Made by a program: the position numbers and the translations under genes. A model generated the notes under the pieces. That model was not told the DNA's origin. It ran no database searches and saw only the letters and a list, made by a program, of their open reading frames with translations. Shown here piece by piece: positions 51,997 to 60,919 of a stretch of 64,000 nucleotides of DNA. Source of the stretch: Porphyridium purpureum (Eukaryota); the NCBI GenBank assembly GCA_008690995.1, contig VRMN01000001.1:1674001-1738000 (forward strand). The letters are read 5' to 3'. Numbering within the stretch: the stretch's first letter is position 1; each line of letters begins with the position of its first letter.

Positions 51997-53093
51997 CTAT
52001 CTGTTCCAGGTCGGCGGCGCTGTACCGCGGCGGCGTTTGCGTGCGCGGTGTGGGTGTGGGAGACGGTGGGGAACAGCGGTGGTGGTCGTGGTGGCGGCGC
52101 CAACGGTGCGATGGCTGGGTGGTGAGGCGTCAGGTTGTTCATCCGCGGGTAAGAGCAACCGCGTGTGCACCTTGGTGTTGGATGTCATGGCGAGGTTGTC
52201 GTGAGGCGCGGCCTGGCCGGGCTCGGCGCGGAGCTCCGTTCCGAGCGCGCGCATCGCGTCGGGCTGTGTGTCTCGCGCGAACGTCCAGAGCTTGTCGATC
52301 TCGTCAGAGCTTGACGCAGCGGCGTTCGGGTCCTGTTCGGCTTCTGCAGGAGTGGGCGTAAGCGGCGCGTCGTCCGCCGCTGCAAACGCGTCGGCGTCGA
52401 CCATGTGCAGAGGATCCGCCTCAGCAGCATCGGTCGCTTCGTGCTGCGCGGCATCAGTCGCTTCTTCGTCGTCGTCCTCCTCGTCATCACTGGACGTGCC
52501 CGAGCCGGCGTCCGGCGCGCGGTCGTGTCGTTGTTCGTGCGCCCGCAGATTACCCATTTGATGGAACCGGCGCTCGCATCGCGTGCACCCATACGGCATC
52601 TCGCCCGTGTGGTACCGCATGTGCTGCTGCAAATTGCTCAGCTGGCGGAATCGGCTTCGGCACAGTGGGAATGTGCATGCATACGGTCGAAGATCCTGGT
52701 GGATGCGCATCTGAAGAAACGGCGAAACGGGGCGCAAAAACAAAAACAAAAACAAAAACATGAACAAAAACAGGAAACAAAACGTATGAATGGGTCAGCG
52801 ACGCGCCCTTGCATATAGTTGCACACTCACAATGCCGCCCCTTTGCGTGTCTTGTGGGCAGCGAGTAGTGGCCTCTGTTGTTGTTCTTTGGGAGCACATA
52901 AGCGCATGCATGGAAAGCGGTGACGTACATGTTGGTCGAGAGTGTACTTTCTTGCAAACCGCCACTCGCAGCCTGGCCAAGTGCAAACAAACATGCGCGG
53001 ATGGTCTTCGTGCCTGGCTGGCCGACCTCGACGGTTCATGCCAGCGCCGGCACCGACTGCGGCGTCACCGGTGTGCGGCATTCGCGTGCCCAT
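51997..53093 (-). CDS. C2H2 zinc-finger protein with 3 fingers. Exons 53093-52929 and 52710-51997
   Basis: Splicing intron 52711-52928 (GTACGT ... GCTGAC ... TTCAG) completes finger 1 (CTWPGC ... QH|MRIH), followed by two more fingers. Start codon uncertain. Confidence 0.85.
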
Positions 53094-53781
53094 CCCGAAG
53101 CAAGCAATCTGCGTCGGACGCTGCACCGTTGCCGGCCGACGCCACGCGTTGTGTGGCAGTTGAATTCCTTCCTGCTCCTTTGCCGGGGAGAAGTAGAGCG
53201 AGATCTTGCTCGAAGCCTTCCTGTCGCGAAAGTGATGTCGCTTATCACGTCGAGGGCGCGTGCCTGAGACCAGCCGAGTACACAGCGCGCGCTGGCAGAT
53301 GAGAGACCAAGCTGAGGTGTGGCCATGCGAAAATGCGACAGATGACAAGTGAGTGACGATCTTTTTCCGACGTGATCATTGTAGCGCGCTCATGCGTATA
53401 CGCGTCATGCTGCAACCGGAGCAGCGCATGTCGAATGCAGGATTTCGTTCTCACGCACCGCCGGGACAAGAGTACCGGACCCCAAGCATGCCATGGATCA
53501 GTCCGAACAGAATAAAGCCTCTCCGAATCAACCATCGACATGGCACGCAGCACCGCCCCTCCTTCCTGTGCAAGAACCCTCAATATAACCACACCCCCGA
53601 GTTAGAATCAGGGTTATTTGCGTTTGTCTGGTGGTTGTAGATTTAACGCGGCCGAAACCGAAGAGCCAGGAAGGGCGTGCGCGCGGACACCGACGAGAGA
53701 AGAAAGAAGGGCGAGAGTCGAGCTGGCGGTGAGCAAGTCAGACGGCCACGAGGACACGCAGACCGACGTCAGCAGGCGGTC

Positions 53782-54811
53782 ATGCCGAAGAATAAGGGGA
53801 AAGGTGGCAAGAACCGCCGCCGCGGAAAGAACGATAATGAGAACGAGAAGCGCGAGCTGGTGTTTAAAGAGGATGGACAAGGTACGTGCGCGCGTGTTTG
53901 TTCGGATGTTTGGTGGCGGGGAGGGTTTTGGCGTGCAGGTCAGAGACGGCGCGTAGGGAGAGGACGTTCCGTGCGTATGATGTTAATGTATATTCCACGA
54001 CGCGCAGAGGTTTTGCCTCGTGCGAATGACAAATGTTTGCCCGTCTTTCATGAAAGGCGGGGTGCATTCCTCGTTGCTGAGCGGACTCCAAATGGAACGT
54101 CGCGCGATTGTCTCCCAGTACTTTGCGGTCTGTGAGTCTCACGGCGGTACCTGCCTCTGGTGCTTGGAGCTGGCTGCGGCGCCAACCTTCCCCTGGCGAG
54201 TGACCATACGGGCACATAGTCTTTATGCCCTCGCGGTATCGCGGCCGCCTCTGACTGGGTTTTATTTTTGTTTGCTCTGATGGCTTCGAACTTATGTACT
54301 AATCAGCTTGATTGCGTCGCTGTTCTTTGATTCTCGTTTGCCCTTCTTGGTGTGTTGGGTTTTTTTTTTTTTTTTTTTTTCGTTTGTTGCGTTCGACCTT
54401 TTTGCACGTTTCTGGGCATGCGTACTTGTGTGCTCGTGTCACGCCTTGTTTTTTCTTGTTCGCTTGTGTTCATATCCAGAGTATGCCCAGATTCTGAAGA
54501 TGCTTGGCAACGGGCGATGCGAGGCATTTTGCTTTGATGGCGAGAAAAGGTTATGTCATATTCGCGGCAAGCTTCGAAAGAAGGTGTGGGTGAATGTGGG
54601 TGACATTGTCTTGTTGGGTCTGCGCGACTTTCAGGATGAAAAGGCAGACGTGATTCTAAAGTACACGCCTGAAGAAGCCAGAAATCTAAAGCGCTATGGC
54701 GAGATTCCGGATACTGCACAGATCAACGAAGGTGGAGGCGAAGAAATGGAGGAGGGTGAGGACGGCGGCGCCGATGTCGACTTTGACTTTGATGACGTGG
54801 ATGAGATTTAA
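53782..54811 (+). CDS. EIF1A: Translation initiation factor eIF1A. Exons 53782-53881 and 54480-54811
   Basis: [16 protein letters not shown] ... [18 protein letters not shown] ... [11 protein letters not shown]. Intron 53882-54479 (GTACGT ... CAG), phase 1. Confidence 0.97.
53968..54085 (+). ncRNA. Intronic box C/D snoRNA, snR57-like (18S Gm1572-equivalent guide)
   Basis: C-like box ATGATGT 53977-53983, D box CTGA 54077-54080, terminal stem TCCGT/GCGGA. The guide GCATTCCTCGTTG (54064-54076) is antisense to 18S CAACGAGGAAUGC. Confidence 0.8.
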
Positions 54812-55076
54812 GCGGTATCGCTGCCTCTGATCCAACCCGCCTCTCTCCTTGGCTTGCATTTCATCGCGTTCGGCATCGTTGAAAGTGAACAAATGAGCGT
54901 GGCGCTTGATTGCAATAAGTGAGCGGGATAAAATCGATCATATATCTCCGACATGTATCGCAGAGGTGCTGGCCATCCTTGCTAGTACCCTTATCACTCC
55001 CCTCGGATTCCTTCACCTCTCGCCCGGATTTATGTCTCCACGTGCACGGCAGACGGATGTGGCACTCGGAACGAGA

Positions 55077-55853
55077 ATGTGTGCGTTCTTCGTGGCGATT
55101 TGCTCGGACAGCGTGCCATCCCGTGCGCTGTATCAGAATCTTTGCGCTCGCATTGCTCTCAGGCCATGGACACGCCCGCACCGTGGTTCATGCGGCATGC
55201 CGAGGCTACGCTGCGCAGAGGGTGAAGGCGAGGCGCTTCAGCATACGGCGACGCATCGCGTCGTGCAGGATGAGGCGACCCCGATGTCCTCGCCGCGGTG
55301 GCTGCTTATGCTGCCCAACATCCTGACGTGGTTGCGCGTGCTTGCCGTGCCGGGCCTTGTGGTGCTGTTTTTCGCCAACAAACCATTTTCGACCGTTGGC
55401 TGCAGCATTTTGTTCGCACTTGCGGGCATCACAGACGCGCTAGACGGCAAGCTGGCGCGGCACTTGCGGGTCGAGTCGGCTTTTGGTGCATTTCTCGACC
55501 CGGTCGCGGACAAATTGATGGTATGCACCGCTCTTGTGCTGCTCACGAGCACTTCGACTAGCCCTCACATCGCTGTAGCGTCGGTCTTGATCGTGTGCAG
55601 GGAGGTATTTATTTCAGCGCTCCGCGAGTGGATGGCGTCCATTGGGAGCCGTAGCAAGGTTGCCGTGGGCATCCAGGGCAAAATCAAGACCGTTGCGCAA
55701 ATGGTGGCACTGACTGCGCTGTTGTGGAACCCAACGCCGAACCACGGATCGCCTTATTTGTGCGGTCTCGTGCTTCTCTACATTTCGGTCTTTTTCACTC
55801 TTACCTCGGCGGCCGGATACGTGCAAGCTGCACGCAGTGATATCTCGAAGTGA
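55077..55853 (+). CDS. pgsA: CDP-diacylglycerol--glycerol-3-phosphate phosphatidyltransferase (PGP synthase)
   Basis: LPNILTWLRV, TDALDGKLAR, FGAFLDPVADKL, ISALREWMA and GKIKTVAQM. Start uncertain. Confidence 0.92.
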   Translation: MCAFFVAICSDSVPSRALYQNLCARIALRPWTRPHRGSCGMPRLRCAEGEGEALQHTATHRVVQDEATPMSSPRWLLMLPNILTWLRVLAVPGLVVLFFANKPFSTVGCSILFALAGITDALDGKLARHLRVESAFGAFLDPVADKLMVCTALVLLTSTSTSPHIAVASVLIVCREVFISALREWMASIGSRSKVAVGIQGKIKTVAQMVALTALLWNPTPNHGSPYLCGLVLLYISVFFTLTSAAGYVQAARSDISK

Positions 55854-55936
55854 AGCCAGAGCACCAAAACCAAACAAGATTGGCGTCTCAATGTTACATA
55901 GATCCGACCGACCTCATGTCGAAGTTCGTTTTTCTT

Positions 55937-55940
<4 letters not shown>

Positions 55941-55973
<33 letters not shown>
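55941..55973 (+). repeat. (TC)n microsatellite
   Basis: Uninterrupted TC run in a convergent 3' region. Confidence 0.9.
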
Positions 55974-55976
<3 letters not shown>

Positions 55977-56062
55977 TGAACTCTAATGCGCTAAAATCAT
56001 TCCTACAAGTTTCTTCCTTGCCCTTCGGAAAAGTGAAGCGTCCACTGCAGGCCTGCGTTTAT

Positions 56063-57490
56063 CTATGAGCGCTCGCCACTTTGATAACGTCGCGGGGTCG
56101 CCCAGTCGCCACTGGCGGGATTTTTGGAAACGCCACCTCCCATCCTTCTGTATTCCACTACTATGGGGTGGTTTGCAAACGGACCGTCAGCCACGGATCC
56201 GCCCGCATGAGCTTCTTTTGCTCTCGTCGCGCTCGCAATGCTATCCATGTAGACAAAAGCAAAACCCTTTGCGGGTCTGAAATCGACTTTTTTCACCTGG
56301 CCAAACCTCGCAAAGTGCTCACTCAGGTTCCTGTTAATTTTTGCCGCACCTTCCAAGTGGACAGCGGATTTCGCCTCTGGTGGCAGCTGAGAGACCCATA
56401 GTACTGCCGTGGGCACATCCGCGACCGGCTGCGAGACCGCCGCTGCGGGCGCTCTGAAGCCTGAGTGTGAAGCCCTACTTGCAGATTTTGCAGTGGGCGT
56501 TCCTTCGCGTGGAGCAGTCTCCGACACAGCAGGAGTTGGACCCGCACCTTCCTGAGGCGACGCGTCCGTCGGCTTTAGGAGCGACGCCCACGAGCTCTTC
56601 GCGGGACGCTTCTCTGGTTTTGCCGGAAGAAACTCTGAAGGCGCAGCAGTGGACTCCACGTTATTCTCTTCACCTGCCTCGTCCTCGGCAATGCTTGGGA
56701 CATTCTCAGCAGCACCAACATGCTCCAACTGCTCACCTGCTCTGTGTGGCATGCTCACATCCGCGGTTTTAAGAATCTTGTCTGGTGCTGATGGGTCCTT
56801 TCTGTCAATAAAGGGCGTTGAGTCGCGCGCCGCTGGAGCAGCCGCACGGTCTTTCTCCAACGAGTTGATAGGACCGAGGAAAACAGCACCGTCGATCGTA
56901 GCGCCTCGCACTGACGAGTCATCCAGCTGCGCCGTTGCTGTGCCAGCAGAAGCGCGCAATACAGTGAGCACATCGTTCAGCACATAAAAATTCATTTGCA
57001 CGCCCGACTCACCCTGCTTCGCGAGCATGAAAGTCTGGACAAAGGGTTGGCTGTCGATATCTCCTGTGACAGAAATACAGATCCCGCCATGAGCTGAGGG
57101 CTGGAATGATACAGTGTGCAGGCGCACAACGCGGTGAGAGTACGGTAGCTTATCGCACACGCTTTTCACCTGGCTGGCCCCCTGCGCGACGACGACGGAC
57201 GGCGGCTGCGTATTTACATTTGCGTGCAGCACGTGTGAGTCTTCCTGGTAAAAGCCGTCCAGCTCATCAGAGCGCTGGGTGAGCACCAAGTAGTAGAAAT
57301 GCAGAAACTTCTGCACGACGACTTTGACGATGTTGATGTGCTGCGGCGCGTACGAGCCTGTTTCCTCCTCGCGCTTGACCTGTCCAGCGGACGCGCTCGC
57401 GCCAGTTTCCCGCTCTGGATCCGCGCCAAGCGCAGACCCAGACTCCGCAAACTCACGAGGCGCCATCGTGCTCGTACTCGCCGCGCGCAT
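56063..57490 (-). CDS. NTF2 + RRM protein (G3BP/Rasputin-like)
   Basis: NTF2 (FLHFYY ... GFYQEDS, ISVTGD, FVQTFML, FYVLNDVL) and a C-terminal RRM (KGFAFVYM). Confidence 0.88.
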   Translation of the reverse strand: MRAASTSTMAPREFAESGSALGADPERETGASASAGQVKREEETGSYAPQHINIVKVVVQKFLHFYYLVLTQRSDELDGFYQEDSHVLHANVNTQPPSVVVAQGASQVKSVCDKLPYSHRVVRLHTVSFQPSAHGGICISVTGDIDSQPFVQTFMLAKQGESGVQMNFYVLNDVLTVLRASAGTATAQLDDSSVRGATIDGAVFLGPINSLEKDRAAAPAARDSTPFIDRKDPSAPDKILKTADVSMPHRAGEQLEHVGAAENVPSIAEDEAGEENNVESTAAPSEFLPAKPEKRPAKSSWASLLKPTDASPQEGAGPTPAVSETAPREGTPTAKSASRASHSGFRAPAAAVSQPVADVPTAVLWVSQLPPEAKSAVHLEGAAKINRNLSEHFARFGQVKKVDFRPAKGFAFVYMDSIASATRAKEAHAGGSVADGPFANHPIVVEYRRMGGGVSKNPASGDWATPRRYQSGERS

Positions 57491-57507
57491 TCTCTCTTGC
57501 GCAATCA

Positions 57508-57535
57508 CCACACACACACACACACACACACACAC
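57508..57535 (+). repeat. (CA)n microsatellite just upstream of the G3BP-like start codon
   Basis: Visible CA run. Confidence 0.9.
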
Positions 57536-57682
57536 CCCACACGCCTCCTGCGGACCAAACGTCCTCCCTCTCCTAGTTCTTATCCACACAAGCCACGGGA
57601 CGACACCAAGTTTGTAGCCAGAGGCGAGTTTAGTTAGTGAAAACTGGTCACACGCATACGCGAGAGAGAATCAAAGGAACAT

Positions 57683-58198
57683 TCAAAAGGAGTCCGAGTC
57701 GGCCGCCTCGGAAGCGGACGACTCGTGCGCGGCGGCTGTCGCGGCTCGGTCGCCGGCTAGCCAGCTCTGCTCTTCGTCCGAGTCGAGTGACAGGTCTTCG
57801 TGATGTTCATCGCGCTCCTGTGAAAGGTATGCGCCCAGCGAGCTCTCAGAGTCATCGCCTTCCTCGTGCGAACTCAACCGCGCGTCCGAGTCAAGGTCGA
57901 GCGCGGCCGCCGTCCTGCTTGTGCTCACCGCACGTCCACCATTGTTTCCAAGCTCTTGCGGCCCGCGAACCTGTCGCAGCCCGAGCACTGCCGGCACTGG
58001 TGCCTCTCGAACGCGCCGAGCCTCAGCCGCAGTCACGTGTTCCAAACGTTGTACCTCGTCTAACATGCCAGCGCGCAGCGCGACCTCATTCATGCCCGAA
58101 GTAGTTCCCAGTCCACCGCGCGCGCCCGCCCGGGAAATATACTGACCTGCGCTTGTCCCGACGGCCAGCCGGGGCACGTTCCACGTCCCCGTACTCAT
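57683..58198 (-). CDS. Hypothetical protein with an acidic C-terminus
   Basis: Open frame from ATG 58198 that fills a gap between genes. No recognised domain. Confidence 0.45.
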   Translation of the reverse strand: MSTGTWNVPRLAVGTSAGQYISRAGARGGLGTTSGMNEVALRAGMLDEVQRLEHVTAAEARRVREAPVPAVLGLRQVRGPQELGNNGGRAVSTSRTAAALDLDSDARLSSHEEGDDSESSLGAYLSQERDEHHEDLSLDSDEEQSWLAGDRAATAAAHESSASEAADSDSF

Positions 58199-58335
58199 CG
58201 TCACAGCTCGCACAATCTCTGCACGACTCGTTGTCACAACTTTGACAACTGCTGGCTTGCGAGGTGGGAGAGTTGAAGTGGTGGAGAGAGAAACATTGGA
58301 ACGGGTGCCGGAGGATAAGTTGGTCGTCAGACGGC

Positions 58336-58998
58336 ATGGCATTCGTATCGGGCAAGTCAGCTTTCGCGGAAGGACCGCTGTGTCACGCTGGTGCCGGAGG
58401 GAACCATGCACGACGTCGTTGTCTGGTCAGGAAGGCTAGGTATTCATCACGAGCTCCCAGCCGCGTGGCGTTGAAGAGCAACAGCGATGCAGAGCCAGGG
58501 GACGGGATGGATGCGGGCAAGAACCAGCCCAACAATGCGCTCGGCGTGCTGCGGAAAATGCACGTCAAAATCAGCGACAACGGCTTTCTCCGATACGGGT
58601 ATGAGCTGGGAGCGTTTTGGCAGGACCAGCGCAATGACGCGTTGCTCGATGGTGTCACTGAGAATATAGTGCGACAGGGAGATACGGCAGGTGGATCGGA
58701 CAAGCTAGTTGCTTGGTCGAGCGAAGTGGAAGAGAAGAGAAAAAAACTCGAGAAGGAGACAGACCTGCTGAAAACCCAAACGGACGAAGAATGGAAGGCA
58801 CTAACGGATACGCTTGACTTGTTTGGACAGCTGTTAGGCGTTAAGTTTGTGGAAGGCAAGGACAAGAACTTGAATACTGCAGGCAAGCTGCTACTCGCGT
58901 CCGTGTTTGTGATGCCTTTCTTACTCGTGTGGGCGGCGTCGTTCTTTCTTTCCCGGGCACTCGCGCCTCTACTAATGTCTGATCCACTCGATCTGTGA
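58336..58998 (+). CDS. Putative plastid-targeted membrane protein of unknown function
   Basis: MAFVSG transit-like start, short coiled segment and a C-terminal TM. Confidence 0.7.
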   Translation: MAFVSGKSAFAEGPLCHAGAGGNHARRRCLVRKARYSSRAPSRVALKSNSDAEPGDGMDAGKNQPNNALGVLRKMHVKISDNGFLRYGYELGAFWQDQRNDALLDGVTENIVRQGDTAGGSDKLVAWSSEVEEKRKKLEKETDLLKTQTDEEWKALTDTLDLFGQLLGVKFVEGKDKNLNTAGKLLLASVFVMPFLLVWAASFFLSRALAPLLMSDPLDL

Positions 58999-59069
58999 AG
59001 GGCAGATTTAATGGCTCTTGACTTTCTAAAACACGCCGTTTCGTCTCCCGCCTCAAGGACTCTGTCGAC

Positions 59070-60497
59070 TCAGGCAAGAGCCTTTTCGAGACCCTCCTGG
59101 AAAGAATCAAAGGTCTGAGTGGATACCTGGAGGTCAAATCGCGCGCCACGGCGGTAAAGCAAAAACTGAGGCACGTCGCGCACATTGAGAAACTTGGCAG
59201 GCTCCTTGTCGCGCCCAATCTCTAAGAGCCCAAATTTGGCGTTCGGGTGTGCCTCGGACAGTTCACGTGCAATAATTTCAAACTGCGGCTTGATGATTTT
59301 GCACCGCTTGCAGGACGTTGCGCTTACAAACAAAAGAAGCGACTCGTCATTGTCGGCAAACTCGTTATCCTCCAGCAACGTGCTTAGTCCCGTCATATCA
59401 GTCACTCGCGAAACAATAGATTCCGAAAACTCTTGCTCCTCGTCTTCTTCCCCTTCTTCTGGCTCATAAAACACAGCGCTTCTCACGACACCTGGCGCGT
59501 CATCACCCTCCGAGTCGCTTGTGTCCCCCCAGACGCTGGGCGCCGGAAACCCGTACCGCTCGCCACTGTCTGTATCTCGCGGCCAGGTCGCAGCCTCCAG
59601 GACTGCGCCCATAGACGACAGCTTGGTCGGGATGCGTGATAAGGCGTCCAAGTCCACTCTTTCAAGTACGGCTGCCACCACATCGCTCCACTGCTGTTCC
59701 GTATTCACCTTGCCTGTCCTAGCTTCACTGCTGCTGCGAGCCTTGGAGCCAAGCAGTCCGTCCTCGGTGGAGCCCTTGAGCGCATACGGCATGATGGACA
59801 AGTAGCGAGCGCCACGAGGCAGCGCGTTGATGATTCGCGCGTTCTCCTCCTCGTCCGCGAGCGCGTCCAGCACCGCGTCGTACGACGAGCCCTTGAGCTC
59901 ATCGGACCACGAAACCTTTCGAGGATCGATCACGGCGTCCGCACCCAGCTTTAGCAGCGCAGAGCCGTCGAACCCGATGCGGGTGGCCGTGGTCACGCAC
60001 ACGACGCGTGCGCCCAGCCGACTCAATGCGTGCACGGCGAAGCACGCGCCGGGGGAGTTTGCGCCACCGATCACGACGACTCTGCGTCCGCGCCACGCGA
60101 GCAGCTCGTCCACCGTGGCAGCCAACCGTCCGAAAATGTCGACGGCCAGGTACACGAGCAGCGCCAACCGCTCGGCGCCGAGCCTTTTCGCAGCGTCGTT
60201 GTGCGCGCCCAACCCAAACTTCCGCACGTACTCGGCATCGACGCCGCCCATATCTGTACCGGATCCACCTGTCACAAGCGCGCAGCCCAGCTGTGCGTCA
60301 CCCGCGTCGGCGCAGACGAGCCAGCTCGACTGGGAGCTGGGCAGCGCCGCCTCACTCGACGCGGCGGGACTGCGCACTCGGAAGCGCTGCACCTGCACAC
60401 CGCTCCCACTCACCACGCCCACCATACATCTGGCGGAACCGCGCGCGACCCGCACACCCCCATGCCCTTCCACTCCTCCTCCCACGCCCACAAACAT
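59070..60497 (-). CDS. Putative plastid protein: MDR/quinone-oxidoreductase-like Rossmann region plus C-terminal thioredoxin-like domain
   Basis: RVVVIGGANSPG, LLKLGADAVID and YDAVLDAL. Trx-like FVSATSCKRCKIIKPQF ... LNVRDVPQFLLY. Confidence 0.75.
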   Translation of the reverse strand: MFVGVGGGVEGHGGVRVARGSARCMVGVVSGSGVQVQRFRVRSPAASSEAALPSSQSSWLVCADAGDAQLGCALVTGGSGTDMGGVDAEYVRKFGLGAHNDAAKRLGAERLALLVYLAVDIFGRLAATVDELLAWRGRRVVVIGGANSPGACFAVHALSRLGARVVCVTTATRIGFDGSALLKLGADAVIDPRKVSWSDELKGSSYDAVLDALADEEENARIINALPRGARYLSIMPYALKGSTEDGLLGSKARSSSEARTGKVNTEQQWSDVVAAVLERVDLDALSRIPTKLSSMGAVLEAATWPRDTDSGERYGFPAPSVWGDTSDSEGDDAPGVVRSAVFYEPEEGEEDEEQEFSESIVSRVTDMTGLSTLLEDNEFADNDESLLLFVSATSCKRCKIIKPQFEIIARELSEAHPNAKFGLLEIGRDKEPAKFLNVRDVPQFLLYRRGARFDLQVSTQTFDSFQEGLEKALA

Positions 60498-60919
60498 CTT
60501 CCTTTCCCTCTCTCCCACTCTCCCGTTCTCTCCCTCTCCCTCTCTGTTTCACCACTTCTCAATCGCTGTCAAAACGGGCTCAGATATTTTCCCTACACAA
60601 TTACGCCTTGGGGGTGTGTTTTTTTTCATATCAAAACCGGTGTGATTTTATAGAAAGTGGCGGTTGAGCACTGTACCTCATCCGTTTCACGCTGTACTTC
60701 GGTGGTTGCGTGGTCTGAGCCGGAGCTGGGACGCGAGAGACCGAGGTCCATGCCATGCAGTCAGCACACATGTGGCATACTTGTGACTTGCTTGTGGCAT
60801 CCATGTGGCATCCATGTGCGTGCGTCAAGTGGGAGAGACAGCAACGGCGAAACCGGAGCCTGGACAACGTGAGCTTGGCGCCGGCTCGGAAGAGCGTGGT
60901 GCATGTTGGTGGGTCATAG

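Noticed and set aside
54058..54110. TPP riboswitch (GGGGTGC...GCTGAG)
   Set aside because: The downstream CCTGAT and P4/P5 elements are absent. The same bases are better explained as an 18S guide plus D box.
53988..54218. snR30/U17-like H/ACA RNA (ATATTCC ... ACCAT ... ACA)
   Set aside because: The m1 and m2 matches are imperfect and too far apart, there is no H box, and the region overlaps the better-supported C/D snoRNA.
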